Of a stretch of DNA of 64,000 nucleotides, positions 37,770 through 49,730 are shown piece by piece; position 1 is the stretch's first letter, and each line of letters begins with the position of its first letter. Below the pieces are notes generated by a model. It worked only from the letters and a program-made list of their open reading frames with translations. It was not told where the DNA came from and ran no database searches. The DNA is taken from contig RSEE01000024.1 of NCBI GenBank assembly GCA_003971905.1, forward strand, positions 1-64,000, given 5' to 3'. The position numbers were made by a program, and so were the translations under genes. The stretch is from Moniliella sp. 'wahieum' (Eukaryota).

Positions 37770-38380
37770 ACGCGCTGCCGCATGGGAGAGTGTCGTGGGG
37801 GTGTTGGGATGAGAGTCGTCCTTGGCAACTTGTGGGGCGCGGGGCATGATTCGGACGGCTACTGAAATGGACATTTCTCCGCGTGAGGTCTAAATATTGG
37901 TTCTTGTGTTCGCTCCAACTTCTAATTGGCTCGTTTGTTGTGCATTCGTCTGCCCATCCGTTCGTTTGTTTGTTTGTTCGCTCGTATGTGCTGTTGTGTT
38001 GTGGGCCTGTGATGACGCTGTGGCGGTTGTCTGCCCTGGGAATGGTGGCCTGCTGTGGCCGCGCCAAAATCATTGCTTGGAAGTGCACGCTTTATTCTTG
38101 CCGACATGTCTGCTGTAGTAGCGTTGGGCGTTGGGTGTTGGGTGCTGCTGGGCTATGACAGACACCGAAGGAGCGCACCGGCTGGAAATGTTCACCAGTG
38201 AAGTTCAAGTTGAAGTTGAAATTAAACCGCACCTGGAACTTGAACTTGAACTTGAAATTGGAAGCACAGGCTGGCCACGTGGCCCGCCAGCGGCAGCGCA
38301 GGCGGGCGCATGCGATGGCGCTGACACAGAAGAACGCCTCTCGCCTTCGCCCACCACCACCTTCTCCCCCCACCCTCGCA

Positions 38381-41300
38381 ATGTGCGTCGCCTGCTGCTC
38401 CCCCTGGCGCCTCTGCTGACTCCCTTCTCTCCCCAGGGCAAGCGTGCCGATCGTGTCGCCCGACATCGCGGCGGTCGCGCTCTACACGCCCACCCCGCCG
38501 CTGCTCCGCCTCTATGCGCTGCCCTTCCTCTCGCTCTATCCGCTCGTGGCGTACGCCTACTACGTGCGCTACGACGACTGGATCCGCTCCCAGGAATGGA
38601 CCTTCCTCTACACCGTCGGCCTCACCAGTCTGCATGCGCTCAGCTTCCTCGCCACCATGTGGAGTGTCCGCGCCCGCGCCCTCCTCACTGCTCGTCCCGC
38701 CCGTTCGCTCCGCGCCGCGTCCCGTGTGCTCATCACCCCCATTGTCCACAAAGGTGATGGCGACTTTGTTTCCCTCGACCGCGTGCGTCTTGCCAATGGC
38801 GACCTCGAAATCAGCTTCGTGTACCAAGGCGACAAGTACATCTACACCACTCCCGACGACTCGGCTCCCCGCTCGGCCATCCTTCGTTCGCCTGAAATTG
38901 ACCAGCCCACCTTCCGCCAGCTGCCCTACCCGGCTGATGGGACGCCGACGCTGGGAGAGTTCCAGTCCAACACTGGCTTTGCTGACCAGGACCAGGTGCT
39001 GGAGGCATTTTCCACCTATGGTCGCAACGTGTTCAAGATCCCGGTGCCCACCTTCCTGAGCCTGTTTGCCGAGCATGCCGTCGCACCCTTTTTTGTTTTC
39101 CAGATCTTTTGCAACTGCCTCTGGCTGCTGGATGAGTACTGGACCATGCCTCTCTTCTCGCTGTTCATGCTGGTTGTCTTTGAAAGTACCGTCGTCTTTG
39201 GCCGCCTGCGCACCCTCAACGAGTTCCGCACCATGACCATCCAGCCATTCCTCATCTGGGTCCACCGGTCGGGCAAGTGGGTGGAGGCGTCGACAGCGGA
39301 TCTGCTTCCTGGAGACTTGGTTTCGGTCCAACGGTCCAACGAGGAGTCGGGCGTGCCATGCGACATGCTTCTGTGCACCGGTACGGCGATTGTGAACGAG
39401 GCCATGTTGTCAGGGAGTCAACGCCCTTGCTCAAGGAGAGCATTGAACTGCGGGACCCGAGCGACGTGCTGGATGCGAACGGTGCCGACCGCAACAATGT
39501 GCTCTTTGGTGGGACCAAAATTCTGCAGACCACTCAAGGCGCGCAGGTGTCCACGCCGCAGGGCAAGCTGACTACCCCCCGACGGCGGCGCGTTGGCGGT
39601 TGTTCTGCGCACTGGGTTCGGTACTACCCAAGGTGGCCTGGTGCGGCTCTGGTCACACCAACGAAGGCCGGGTTGGTGCGGCAACTGGGAAACCTTCTTC
39701 TTTATCCTGTTCCTTGTCTTCTTTGCGATTTGTGCCAGTTCCTACGTTTGGGTGCAGGGCAACTTGATGGGCCGGCCCAAGGGCAAGCTACTTCTGGACT
39801 GTGTTCTGATCATCACCTCCGTTGTGCCGCCTGAACTTCCGATGGAGCTGTCGATGGCAGTCAATGCGTCGCTGCAGGCTTTGGGCAAATTCAATATCTT
39901 CTGTACCGAACCCTTCCGCATCCCTTATGCGGGTAAGGTGGATGTGTGCTGCTTTGACAAGACGGGCACGATTACCGCCGAGGAGCTGCAGCTCCAAGGC
40001 GTTGCTCAGATTGGTGCGGACGGTACACCGATCCAGAAGGCTGCGGCTGAGGTGAACCGCGAAACGGTGTTGACGATTGTGGGTGCGCATGCGCTGGTGC
40101 TTTTGGACGATGGTGTGGTGGGAGACCCGATGGAAAAAACGACGGTTGAGAGTGTCGGATGGCAACTCAACAAGGACGACATCCTTACCCCGACCAACCA
40201 GGCTGGGAGCAAGAAGGCCCATGCGTCCGTTCAGATCCGCCGTCGGTTCCAGTTTTCGTCTGCCTTGAAACGCATGTCGACAATCAGCATTGTTACCGAG
40301 TCGGAGAAAGGGCACGCGAGCAAGAAGGGTTTTGTCGCGGTCAAGGGTGCGCCAGAGACGCTAAAGGGCATGTACGTGGATGTGCCCAAGGGCTACGACG
40401 ACGTGTACAAGAAATACACTAGGGAGGGAAGCCGTGTGTTGGCGCTCGGGTACAAGTGGCTTGACACCCACACACCCTTCTGCCATCAATGCTTTCACTC
40501 GGGACGAGGTTGAGTCGAAGCTGGTCTTTGCTGGGTTCTTGATCTTTTACTCGCCGCTCAAGCCGGACGCTATTACTGCGCTCACGCACTTGGCCGACTC
40601 GTCCCACCGTTGCATCATGATTACCGGCGACAACCCTCTTACGGCGATTCACGTGGCGGAACAAGTGGAAATCGTGGACCGTGACACGCTCATCCTCGAC
40701 GTGCGGGAGGGAGGAACGGGAGAGACGGACCTTGTGTTCCGCTCGGTGGATGAGAAGGTGGTCATCCCTGTCATCCCGGATGCGGAATTGGACGAGCTGT
40801 TGTTTGAGAAGTACGACATTTGCATGACGGGTCCGGCCATCCGCCAGTTTGAGGAGCGGACTGAGCAATGGAAGAAGCTGGTGGAGAACACATGGGTGTA
40901 TGCTCGTGTGTCGCCGAACCAGAAGGAATTGGTGTTGCACACGCTGCGCTCGTTGGGCTACGTCACGCTCATGGCGGGCGATGGGACGAACGATGTGGGG
41001 GCGCTCAAAGCGGCCGACGTGGGCGTGGCCTTGTTGGATGGTACTCAAGAAGACTTGGACAAGATTGCGGAGCATGCTCGTCTGGAGCGCATGAAGAAGG
41101 TGTACGAGTCCCAGGTCAGCTTGACGGCTCGGTTCAAGCAGCCGCCCCCTCCGGTGCCGCCTGCGCTGATGGAGAAGTATCCCGAGTTGGAGAAGGCGCG
41201 CCAGGAGGCGCTGCTGCAACTGGGTGCGGAGCGTCGCCCAACCCGGCGGCCAAGTTCAACATGTCCTCCATGTCGGAGAAGATGGCCGAGCTGGAAGATA

Positions 41301-42154
41301 GCGAGGGACCTCCGCAAATCCGATTGGGCGACGCGAGTGTCGCGGCGCCGTTTACGAGCAAGCTGAGCAACGTGGGTTCGATCATCAACATTATCCGTCA
41401 AGGCCGCTCGACGCTGGTTGCGTTCACTCAGATGCACAAGATTTTGGCGCTGAACTGCCTCACGTCGGCGTACAGCTTGTCGGTTCTCTATCTCCACGGG
41501 ATCAAGCAAGGCGACAAACAAGGCACCATCTCGGGCATGCTCTTGTCTGCGTGTTTCTTCTGTGTGTCGCGTGCGCAGCCGACCGAGCGGCTCTCTGCCG
41601 AGCGGCCGCTGACGCGTGTCTTCAGCACCTACATTTTCCTCTCGGTTTTGCTGCAGTTTGCGCTGCACTGCGGCACGATGCACTTGCTCGTCACCGTGCT
41701 CGTGCCCAAGTACGAACCCCAGCTGCCGGTGGACGTGGAAGCCAAGTTTACTCCGTCGTTGCTCAACACGGCCATCTACCTGATCGGCCTGAGCCAAAAT
41801 GTCAACACCTTCTCGGTCAACTTTATCGGTGCGCCGCACCGGGAGGACCTGAGCGCGAACCGGTCGATGTACTATGGCATGCTGGCCTGCTTTGGCGTTG
41901 CATTTGCCGGTGCGATGGAGATGTACCCGATGATGAACGAGTGGCTGCAACTCGTGCCCATCCCGAGCGAGTTCCAGATGTACCTGGTGGGCCTGATGGC
42001 GCTGGACTTTGCCGGGTGCTACGTGATTGAATGGGTGATCAAGGCGTTGGTGGCGGACCAGCGGCCCAAGGCAATCATCACCAAACGGCGTGAGAAGCAC
42101 GAGGCGCGGCGTAAGGAACGTGTGGCAGAGATGCTGGCTGCGGCACAAGCGTAA
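38381..42154 (+). CDS. SPF1: P5A-type ATPase (ER), with apparent frameshifts
   Basis: EHAVAPFFVFQ, ITSVVPPELPMELS, CCFDKTGT, MITGDNPLTA, MAGDGTNDVGALK and LGDASVAAPFTSK. The 54-nt intron 38383-38436 splits the start codon (AT|G GCA AGC GTG CCG). Confidence 0.95.
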
Positions 42155-42836
42155 GCGCACGAACTGCCTGTCGGGGCTGCTGGCAAACCGAATGGAAATG
42201 CTGCATGTGTGCTTGTTATCGTTTTAGATGGGTTGGATGACTCGTGTCTAAGTAGGGCCACTTGAGCGAGGCCGGACGCTCAAAGAGGGAGAAGGTCGAC
42301 GACAGACTAATAGCATGAGCGGCAAACCCGGTGTAGCACTACTAGTCCGCAAGAAGTATATCTATGGGGAAACTCAAAGCAGCGCAGCCACACACTGCGC
42401 TTGGCATTATGCACAGTTCATTCTAATCGTCAGCCCCCCCAGCCACCGGAGGCACCCGGCGCAGCTAGACACTCGGTTTGGGACAGGGGAGGCACCAGGC
42501 GCACTGGGCATTCGGTTTAGGATCGTCAGAAGACGGGGGGAGGGGGGCAGGGATGAGACGGATGACGGATGAGGGCGGGGAGAGGTGAGCTTTGTAAGTA
42601 GAGAGGCAAGACAGATACGACAAGAAAAAGCGAGAGGGCAAGGCTGGCAACATAACGGGGGCAAATGCACAATGAGAGAGGGGGGTCCCAGGCAGTAGAG
42701 CAGTAGAAAGGAAGGACCTATCTGGGCAGAACACGAGGCGATGGGAGAGCAAGCGTCCAAAGGCGTAAAGGGATACCGAGGCAGGATCAAGTCCAAGTGG
42801 GTGCAGGAAGGGGGGGTCAAAATGGATGCAGGAGGA

Positions 42837-45374
42837 TCAGGCCTGACCCGATGCCGGGTCGGGGAATGGGGCCAGCTGGTTTGCCTTGGCTCGCCAGCGA
42901 TCACTCTCGCCCGATGGGCGGATGGCGAGGTGGGGGATGTGAGTAGGATGGTCGTCGTCGTCGTCGTCGTCGTCGGGCGGGAACCAAGCGGGAGGCTGTG
43001 CGTCGTGGGGGTGGGTGTCGACCCAGACGCCTGGCGCAGTGGGCACGCCACGGAGCAGACGCTGTTCAGCGTCGGCCAACGCGCTTGAATCACGGCCGCA
43101 GTTGCACTGGAGGCGAGAGGTGTGTGTGGGGCCGGTGAAGAAAGGCGGGTGGGACCAGGACGGGGTGGGAGGGGGAGGAGGCGCGTCGGCATCTGGGTCG
43201 GTGGCCTCGGTGGACCCAGAGGCTAGGGCGGGCGTGCCGGGCGGTTGGTCCGGCTTGGAGGGGGTCAGCAGGCCCAGCATCGCTCGTGGTGCAGTGTGGT
43301 AGGAGTGGCGGGTGAGGAGAGGGGGTCGTTGCTTAACAGCCGAGCCAGCGGGGGTGACGCTACCTGAACGAGCGCGGCCCATAAAGGGGCGCAAGCTCTG
43401 GCTCGAGGCCGACTTGGAAAGAGTAGGAGACCCAGGCGAAAGAGAAAGGTTGGCTGTACTGGCTAATGCGCCGGCCAGGGGTGGTCTGAGTGAGAGACGA
43501 GGAAGGGATGGAGAGCGTTGCGGGCGGCACGTCGCGGCTCTGGCTGATCGCGTTCGGGAGAGGGGTGACGCGAGCGGCGGCCAGACTTGAACGCGGCCGC
43601 CAGGCCCCCCCGCAGTGTGCGTCCTTCGTGTTCGGGGGAAGGGGCGCGAGATGGGTTGCGGGAAGCAGGGCGGGAGGACGGGGGAGGCGGGACCGACGTG
43701 AGGGGGGGATATGCGGTGGGTGCGGTCGGCCGCGCATCGGCCTCCGTCGACCAACTGGTGGCCCGGTACCCATCTGGAGTGCCCGGCGCGGTTACAGTGG
43801 AATATGCCGGGTGGAAGGCGCTGCCAGGCGGGGAAGACGGGCGGGATTGGAGAGGCGACTCGAGGGAGTAAGGGGGCAGATGGATCGCGTCATGAGTGCA
43901 AGCGCACGATGGAATCGCAATGGCCCGACGCATGCAGAAGACTTGGACCTTGGGCAGACCAAAGCTGTCGCTGTTGGGTCGTTCGTCCAGGACCCAGGTG
44001 CGGGAAAAGAAGACCTCGATTCCAATCTCGTGGGTGATGCGAATGTCGGTCTTGGAGCCACGGACCGTACTCGGGCGGATGGCACGATGGTCGGGAAGCG
44101 AAAGATACTCTTGATTGTGTACCCTGGCAAATTCGGATCTTTCGGCATCTGGGCGGGCCGGCAGGACTGTGGTGGGCAAAGTGCCCGCCAAGGCGGTGCC
44201 GGAGGGGCTCATGTTTGGTCCTCCCTCCCCGGCCCCACGGCCAGGAGTGCCTGGGATGGGATCGCCATCAGGCGTGGTGCGGGCAAACCAATAGTATCTT
44301 CGTTCGTCAGGCCATCTTGGCATCACGGTAGGGCATGCATCCTTTCTCCCAAAGTCGCAGTTTTTCGGCGGGAGCCTCATCAGGCCTTGCGCTGTTGCTG
44401 TACATTTCCATCGTCTGTTCAAGAAAAACAACGGATGACGTGCACTGAAAGACCAGGAGCAGGGTCGGGTGGTAATCTGCACCGACGCGATCCCGCCAAC
44501 GGTGAGGGAGGCCGAGATGAGGCGAGGGAGATGGGACCGAGGGCCTGGTGAACATCGTGGTACTGCAAATCCAGCGCTGTAGGCCCGCCATCGGGTTGCA
44601 CCTGTACGATAACAAATACGTCCTGGTGGGTTGAAATGTCGCCCTTTCCACCGCGCCCAGCACCAAGAGCAGTGCGGTAAGAACGTAGCGGAGGCGTGCT
44701 GTTTTTGTCCGCTCAAATGCCGGGCTGGTTGAGGGTAATAAAGGCAAATTCAAACCTGGAAATGGGGGGCAGGCCAAAATGTCAGTCAGTTTATCTGCTT
44801 CCACAGCACCCCACCCACCCGCACCCGTCAGGATTGGGAGCCTACCCTGCACTCCAGAGGTGAGATGAAGCCCTTCCTGTTTGACGTTGACGGATGCAGC
44901 TTGGCTCACGTCGAGTGCGCCCTACGGGAGTTGGCAGGTGCGGCGGTAGAGAGCGCCATCTCGTCAGCGCGCACAGCGTCGGTGCGGGAGAGGGGATCCG
45001 ATCGTCGGAAGAGGGGTGGCGCACGTCAGGGGCGGGCGTGGCATGAGAAAGCTCGGGGGTGTGGGCAGGGGCAGCAGGGCGGGTTGCGGCGAGGGCACCA
45101 GGGCGAGCAGCACGGGTTGTGCGGGAGACATCGAGAATCTCGACAGTCTTGTTCATCACGATCTTGTCCTCGTACCGCACATTTTGGGACTCATGGGGGT
45201 CGGGGAACGCAAGGGTCTGGATGCCACGCAGACTGACCCGCACGCCGGAAATGGTGCGCTCCGAGGGACAGCAGCTCGACGAGGCCAGTGAGCGTCTTGT
45301 CGTGGCCAGCAGGCGCGCGGAGGGCGGGGGTGGATGATATACAGGTCGGGGGAGGCGACGTGGATGGTCAACAT
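42837..45374 (-). CDS. Alpha-arrestin-like ubiquitin ligase adaptor (boundaries approximate)
   Basis: ERTISGVRVSLRGIQTL, FEFAF..PAFERT..RLRY, IRPST..KTDIRITHEIGIEVFF, IPSC and an LPPY motif followed by a Pro/Ser-rich tail. Intron at ~44756-44845. Confidence 0.75.
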
Positions 45375-48300
45375 CGCATGCCTGTGCCCGGGCGGTGGAT
45401 GGCATGGCAGGGAGATGGTGGCAGGGAGATGGTGGCGGAGCTGATGGTGGTGGCCGTGGGGTCATCGATCATCTCGGGGAGCCATGGATGTGACAGAGGT
45501 GGAAGCTTGAATATTGAAGCTTGACTGAGTACGGTGAGCTCACCGCTGAGCTGAGCCTCCGCGGCTGGGGCTGGTGAGCGCTCAGCTGAGCTCACCCGTG
45601 TGGCCCTAAGCGAGACAGCACGATATAGTCCGCCAAGCTTCCAACTCCAGCCGCTTTTCCGGTGTCCGCTTCCATTGACCATCGACCATCGCCCATCGGC
45701 ATCTTCGCTCTTCGCCCTTCGCCCTTTGCCCCTCCGCCTGGGGCAGCCTGGGCTGGCTCGACGGCCGGACAGACCCACCCACCCGGCAACCTGGGGGCGG
45801 ACGACAGGGGGTGGGCAGAGAAGCACAGGGCCTGTGCCAGCCCAGAGCAGGCTCGGCGGGTGTTCGATGTGATCGAATTGAGTGAGAATCGAGTTCTGTC
45901 GGAGAGTCGATAGTAGTCGATGCCCGAGCGCATGCATGACCATCGATGATTGCTCCTCGAACGCCGGCCTCGGCATCATCGATCATCGACCATCCACGGG
46001 ATCACTCTACTGGATGCTTGGATGGGCTCATTCTTGCGTCCCAGCAGCGCCTCAATATCCATGCACCGTGTCGGTACATGGCAAGTACTGTGGGACTCGG
46101 CGCACCACGCCGTCTGGCAGGTATCGCAAAGCTTGGAGCGGGGCGCGGCAAGCACCGAAGCTTCCCAAAGTGATGAGATAGTCGATAGGGGGGACAGAGG
46201 TGATCGCCTGCACCCACTCACATCCCACCCAAGGTGCGAGGCACGTCGAAGCCGTATCAGTACTCAGGTACTCGGGCTATCGGGTGAGTACGCCGCCCAC
46301 TGGCCCGCCTGTGTGAACTGCGGCGGACGCTGCATTGACGCCGAGTGATTAAGGATTGGTGATGCATGATGGCCGATGATCGATCAATGATCGCTGGCTC
46401 TGCGCAAGCGTGTTGGGCCATGCGGCCACCACGCTACTACGGCCAACCCTACGCCATCGCCGACGCCTACGTACTCGCCCGTCGAGCATTGAACAGGATC
46501 AGCGTTCCGTTGAACGGCAGCAGCCATGCAGGCCCTCGCACATCCCCATCTCTGTTTTGCTCCGTCCTTCATCCTCATTAAGGCACCCCCACGTTCCGTC
46601 CGCAACGCCAATCCGAGGGACTGACAAAGACTGTACTGATGCTAATGATGCAACGGCACATCCGGGTCAACCGATAGCCCGGTTGGAGAACGTAGAGGTC
46701 ACAGCCAGGCTCCATTGAGAATCTCCCGGTACCCAACCAACCCCGCTGACCAACTTCTTGTCGTGGTGGGGGGGGGGGGGAGGGCTTGCCGTCGTTCTCT
46801 TGCAGCGGCTGTGAGCGTTTGGGACCCGGAAATGCCGGCCAAGCCCGTAACATGGAACGTGCAGACAAAAAGCACATCAGCTGTGAACCCAAGGCGTGTT
46901 CAAACGGCGAGGAGCACCTATTGATCGAATCATGATGTGTTTTGCTTACGGACAAGAGGGCGCCAGAAAAATGAACCACATTGAATGAACCATTCAGCTG
47001 GCCGTGCAGAGGTTGCTCTCGATGCTGTTGTGCGGGCTCTGTTTTGCGTATACTGGCCGTTGTGTGCTCGGGTACCCACTATGGTCGCTATGACAAGGAC
47101 AAGCAATCGAAGCTCAGTTGGAGGGAAAACAATGAAGATTGCGAAAAGCCGAGTTTGACAGAGCTAGGCTCCGACCTGGAGGACAAGATCCGAATACTGC
47201 AGGGTGCTCAAAAGATGGGGAATCTATCAACGCCGCAGAGTGAGAGGTTAGCACACGTCGCCGCACGAGGCGTCGACGGAGAGGCCTCTTAGACATAGGT
47301 GGTAGCGCGCATGAAAGTGGATGCGTCTACTCATTGAGAGGTGGGTTAACGGTGGGTTGCAGTTTGAGAGCACGTGGCTGCTCCCACATACATTCATCGT
47401 GTCCCAATGCGGCGGCGATGGCGGTTCCGATCATCTGGCTTGTGTCGGAACAGGGTATCAGGCAGGTGAGGAAGAGGAACGCTGTGGACAGTAAGGAGAT
47501 GCTGCACTATCAAGAAACGGGTTGGAGGTGGCTCGATGGGGTTCAATCTCAGTAGAGAGAGATGTATCGAAGTGAGAGATAAGTGTGTCTTTAACTTGCT
47601 TTGCGCTGTGGAGTGGGCCTAACACCAGCAACAGTCCCAGTTAGTGTCGGGGTATGAGACCATATGATTGTGAGCGGCCAGGAAGGATTGAGTGGAGGAA
47701 AGAGTAAAAGGTGGTGATGGTCACGACACAGGGGAGAGAAAGAAGTCAAGAAGGGGGTTTTCATTCTAACTAGAGACTCGCAGTCTCTTATAACGCAGTC
47801 TCTTATAACGATGAAGAGACCGTGTGTCATTTTTGCTTGGGCACTGGATATCAGTGGATGGCTCCAATACCACGGACATGGCCACGGCCAAACCTCCATC
47901 CTGCCGTTAGGGTGAGGCAGCTCGCTGCCACCATGCCACATGCATCATGAGCGCAGCGCTCACAACACTTCTCTTTGATGCACGCTCTATCGTGGCTGCA
48001 GTGCAGACGCTCAGGGGAAACGACTTGGTCGCCTGTGACACTTGTGATGGGGCCACAGGTTCTACTTCCCGCTGTCGATCATCAGTACTCAGTGTGCACG
48101 CTCCCTTGGAATGTGCGGACTGTCACACCATCAGTATCGCCGTGCACAGTCTCTTTTTCGTCCGCGAGGCGACATCTTGTTGATCAACGATACGATACAG
48201 TCGGTCTCAATCTCACGGAGCACCAGCACCACGGGCGTCCTCGCGCTTCCTCGCGCGTGTCCCATCCACTTATCCTGCCGAGGTGCCAACCAACAGTCCA

Positions 48301-48945
48301 AATGAGGATGGCACGGTGGCGATGAAAGGCAGAGACAGCGTTATGCATGCAGCTACGAAGGTGTCGCACATGTATCTAAGCACCATTAAATACAACCTCA
48401 GTGTTGAAGAAAGAAAACACAATGCAGTCGGAGGCACGACAGGCAACTCGTCCGATAGTTGTCCCTGACTAGGACTAATGACTAGTGCTGGCATTCGCAC
48501 GATTCGCATGGCATGCATCCGGGATGCGATGCGAGGCGAGGCGATGCGATGCGATGCACCAGCACAACGGGCAGCTTCACATGCAATGGGCACAGGAGAA
48601 ACAACGGATAGAACGTCCGTGAAAAAGAAAGCGCAAAGACCACGGCAGAAAACAGAAAGAGCCGGGAGACGACCGTGACGGAGGAGAAAGAGATGGGGCA
48701 TCATATAACCCGTGCAGTCCCCTCCAGAGGAACCGAACCGGCAATAAGAAGAAACAGCGTCGCGATGCCCTAGAGACCCAGTGCCGCACCTACACAGTAT
48801 GGGGAGGGTAAGGGGGCGATGGGCGACAGCAAGCTGGGCACCGACGGCGCGGGTGAAATTGCGAAGCAATGAGAAACAGGAAAGATGCGAGGGTGGAGGA
48901 GAGAGTGTGTGAAAAGGGGGGGGGGACGAGGAAAAGCGTCTTCGC

Positions 48946-49730
48946 TTAAAGGAGAGCGGCAGCAGCCACACCCACCACACCCGCCAGGGCGGCCGAGACG
49001 ACGCGGACCGAACCAGCAGACGACTTGGACGACGTAACGTCGGCGCCAGCCGACGAGCTGCCGGCCGGCGAGGCAGCAGCCGACGAGCTCACGGCAGGAG
49101 CAGCCGACGAAGCGGCGGCAGGGGCCGACGAAGCGCAGCAGGCGCCGACGAGGCAGTAGCGTGGCTCGAAGCCGGCGACGAGGCCTCGCTGGAGCTGGAG
49201 CTGGATCGAGTGCTCAGAATGAGACGCCTGAGACGAGTGGCTGTGGTGGTGGGTAGGCGTCGAGGCGGCAGAGGAGCTCGAGTCGCTGCTGGAGTGGGAG
49301 CTGCTTGCCGAGCCCGAGCCAGAGCCCGAACCACCCGAGCCGGCAATGATGTTCTGGGTGCCACCCGACTGGCCGAGAGCACCAGTGCCGTCGGTCACGT
49401 CGAACTGGATCGCCTTGCCAGCAAGGTTGGCAGGCGGCTTGAAGGTGTAGGGCGAAGTGGCCGAGGTCACCGTCTTGACGATGCCAGTCTGGGCACCGTT
49501 CTGGAGGAAAAGACAAGGGACTGAGTCAGTCACTCATGCGACGAGAGAGACGCAATGCAAAACGTACAGCAAAGGTGTTAATGACCAGCGTGTAGGGAGC
49601 CTGTCCACCGGACCACTGGATCTGCATGGGCACGCCCGTAATGAGGGTGGTGGTGGGGTGATGACGGATGGGCCGGCAGCCAGGACGGCGGCGGCGGCGG
49701 CAAGGAGAGTGACGAGGTGGAGAGCTGCAT
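48946..49730 (-). CDS. Secreted Ser/Ala-rich, probably GPI-anchored cell-surface protein
   Basis: Signal-like LVTLLAAAAAVLA, IQWSGGQAPYTL, FDVTDGTG, a Ser-rich stalk and a hydrophobic C-terminus AALAGVVGVAAAALL*. Intron at 49501-49567. Confidence 0.8.
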
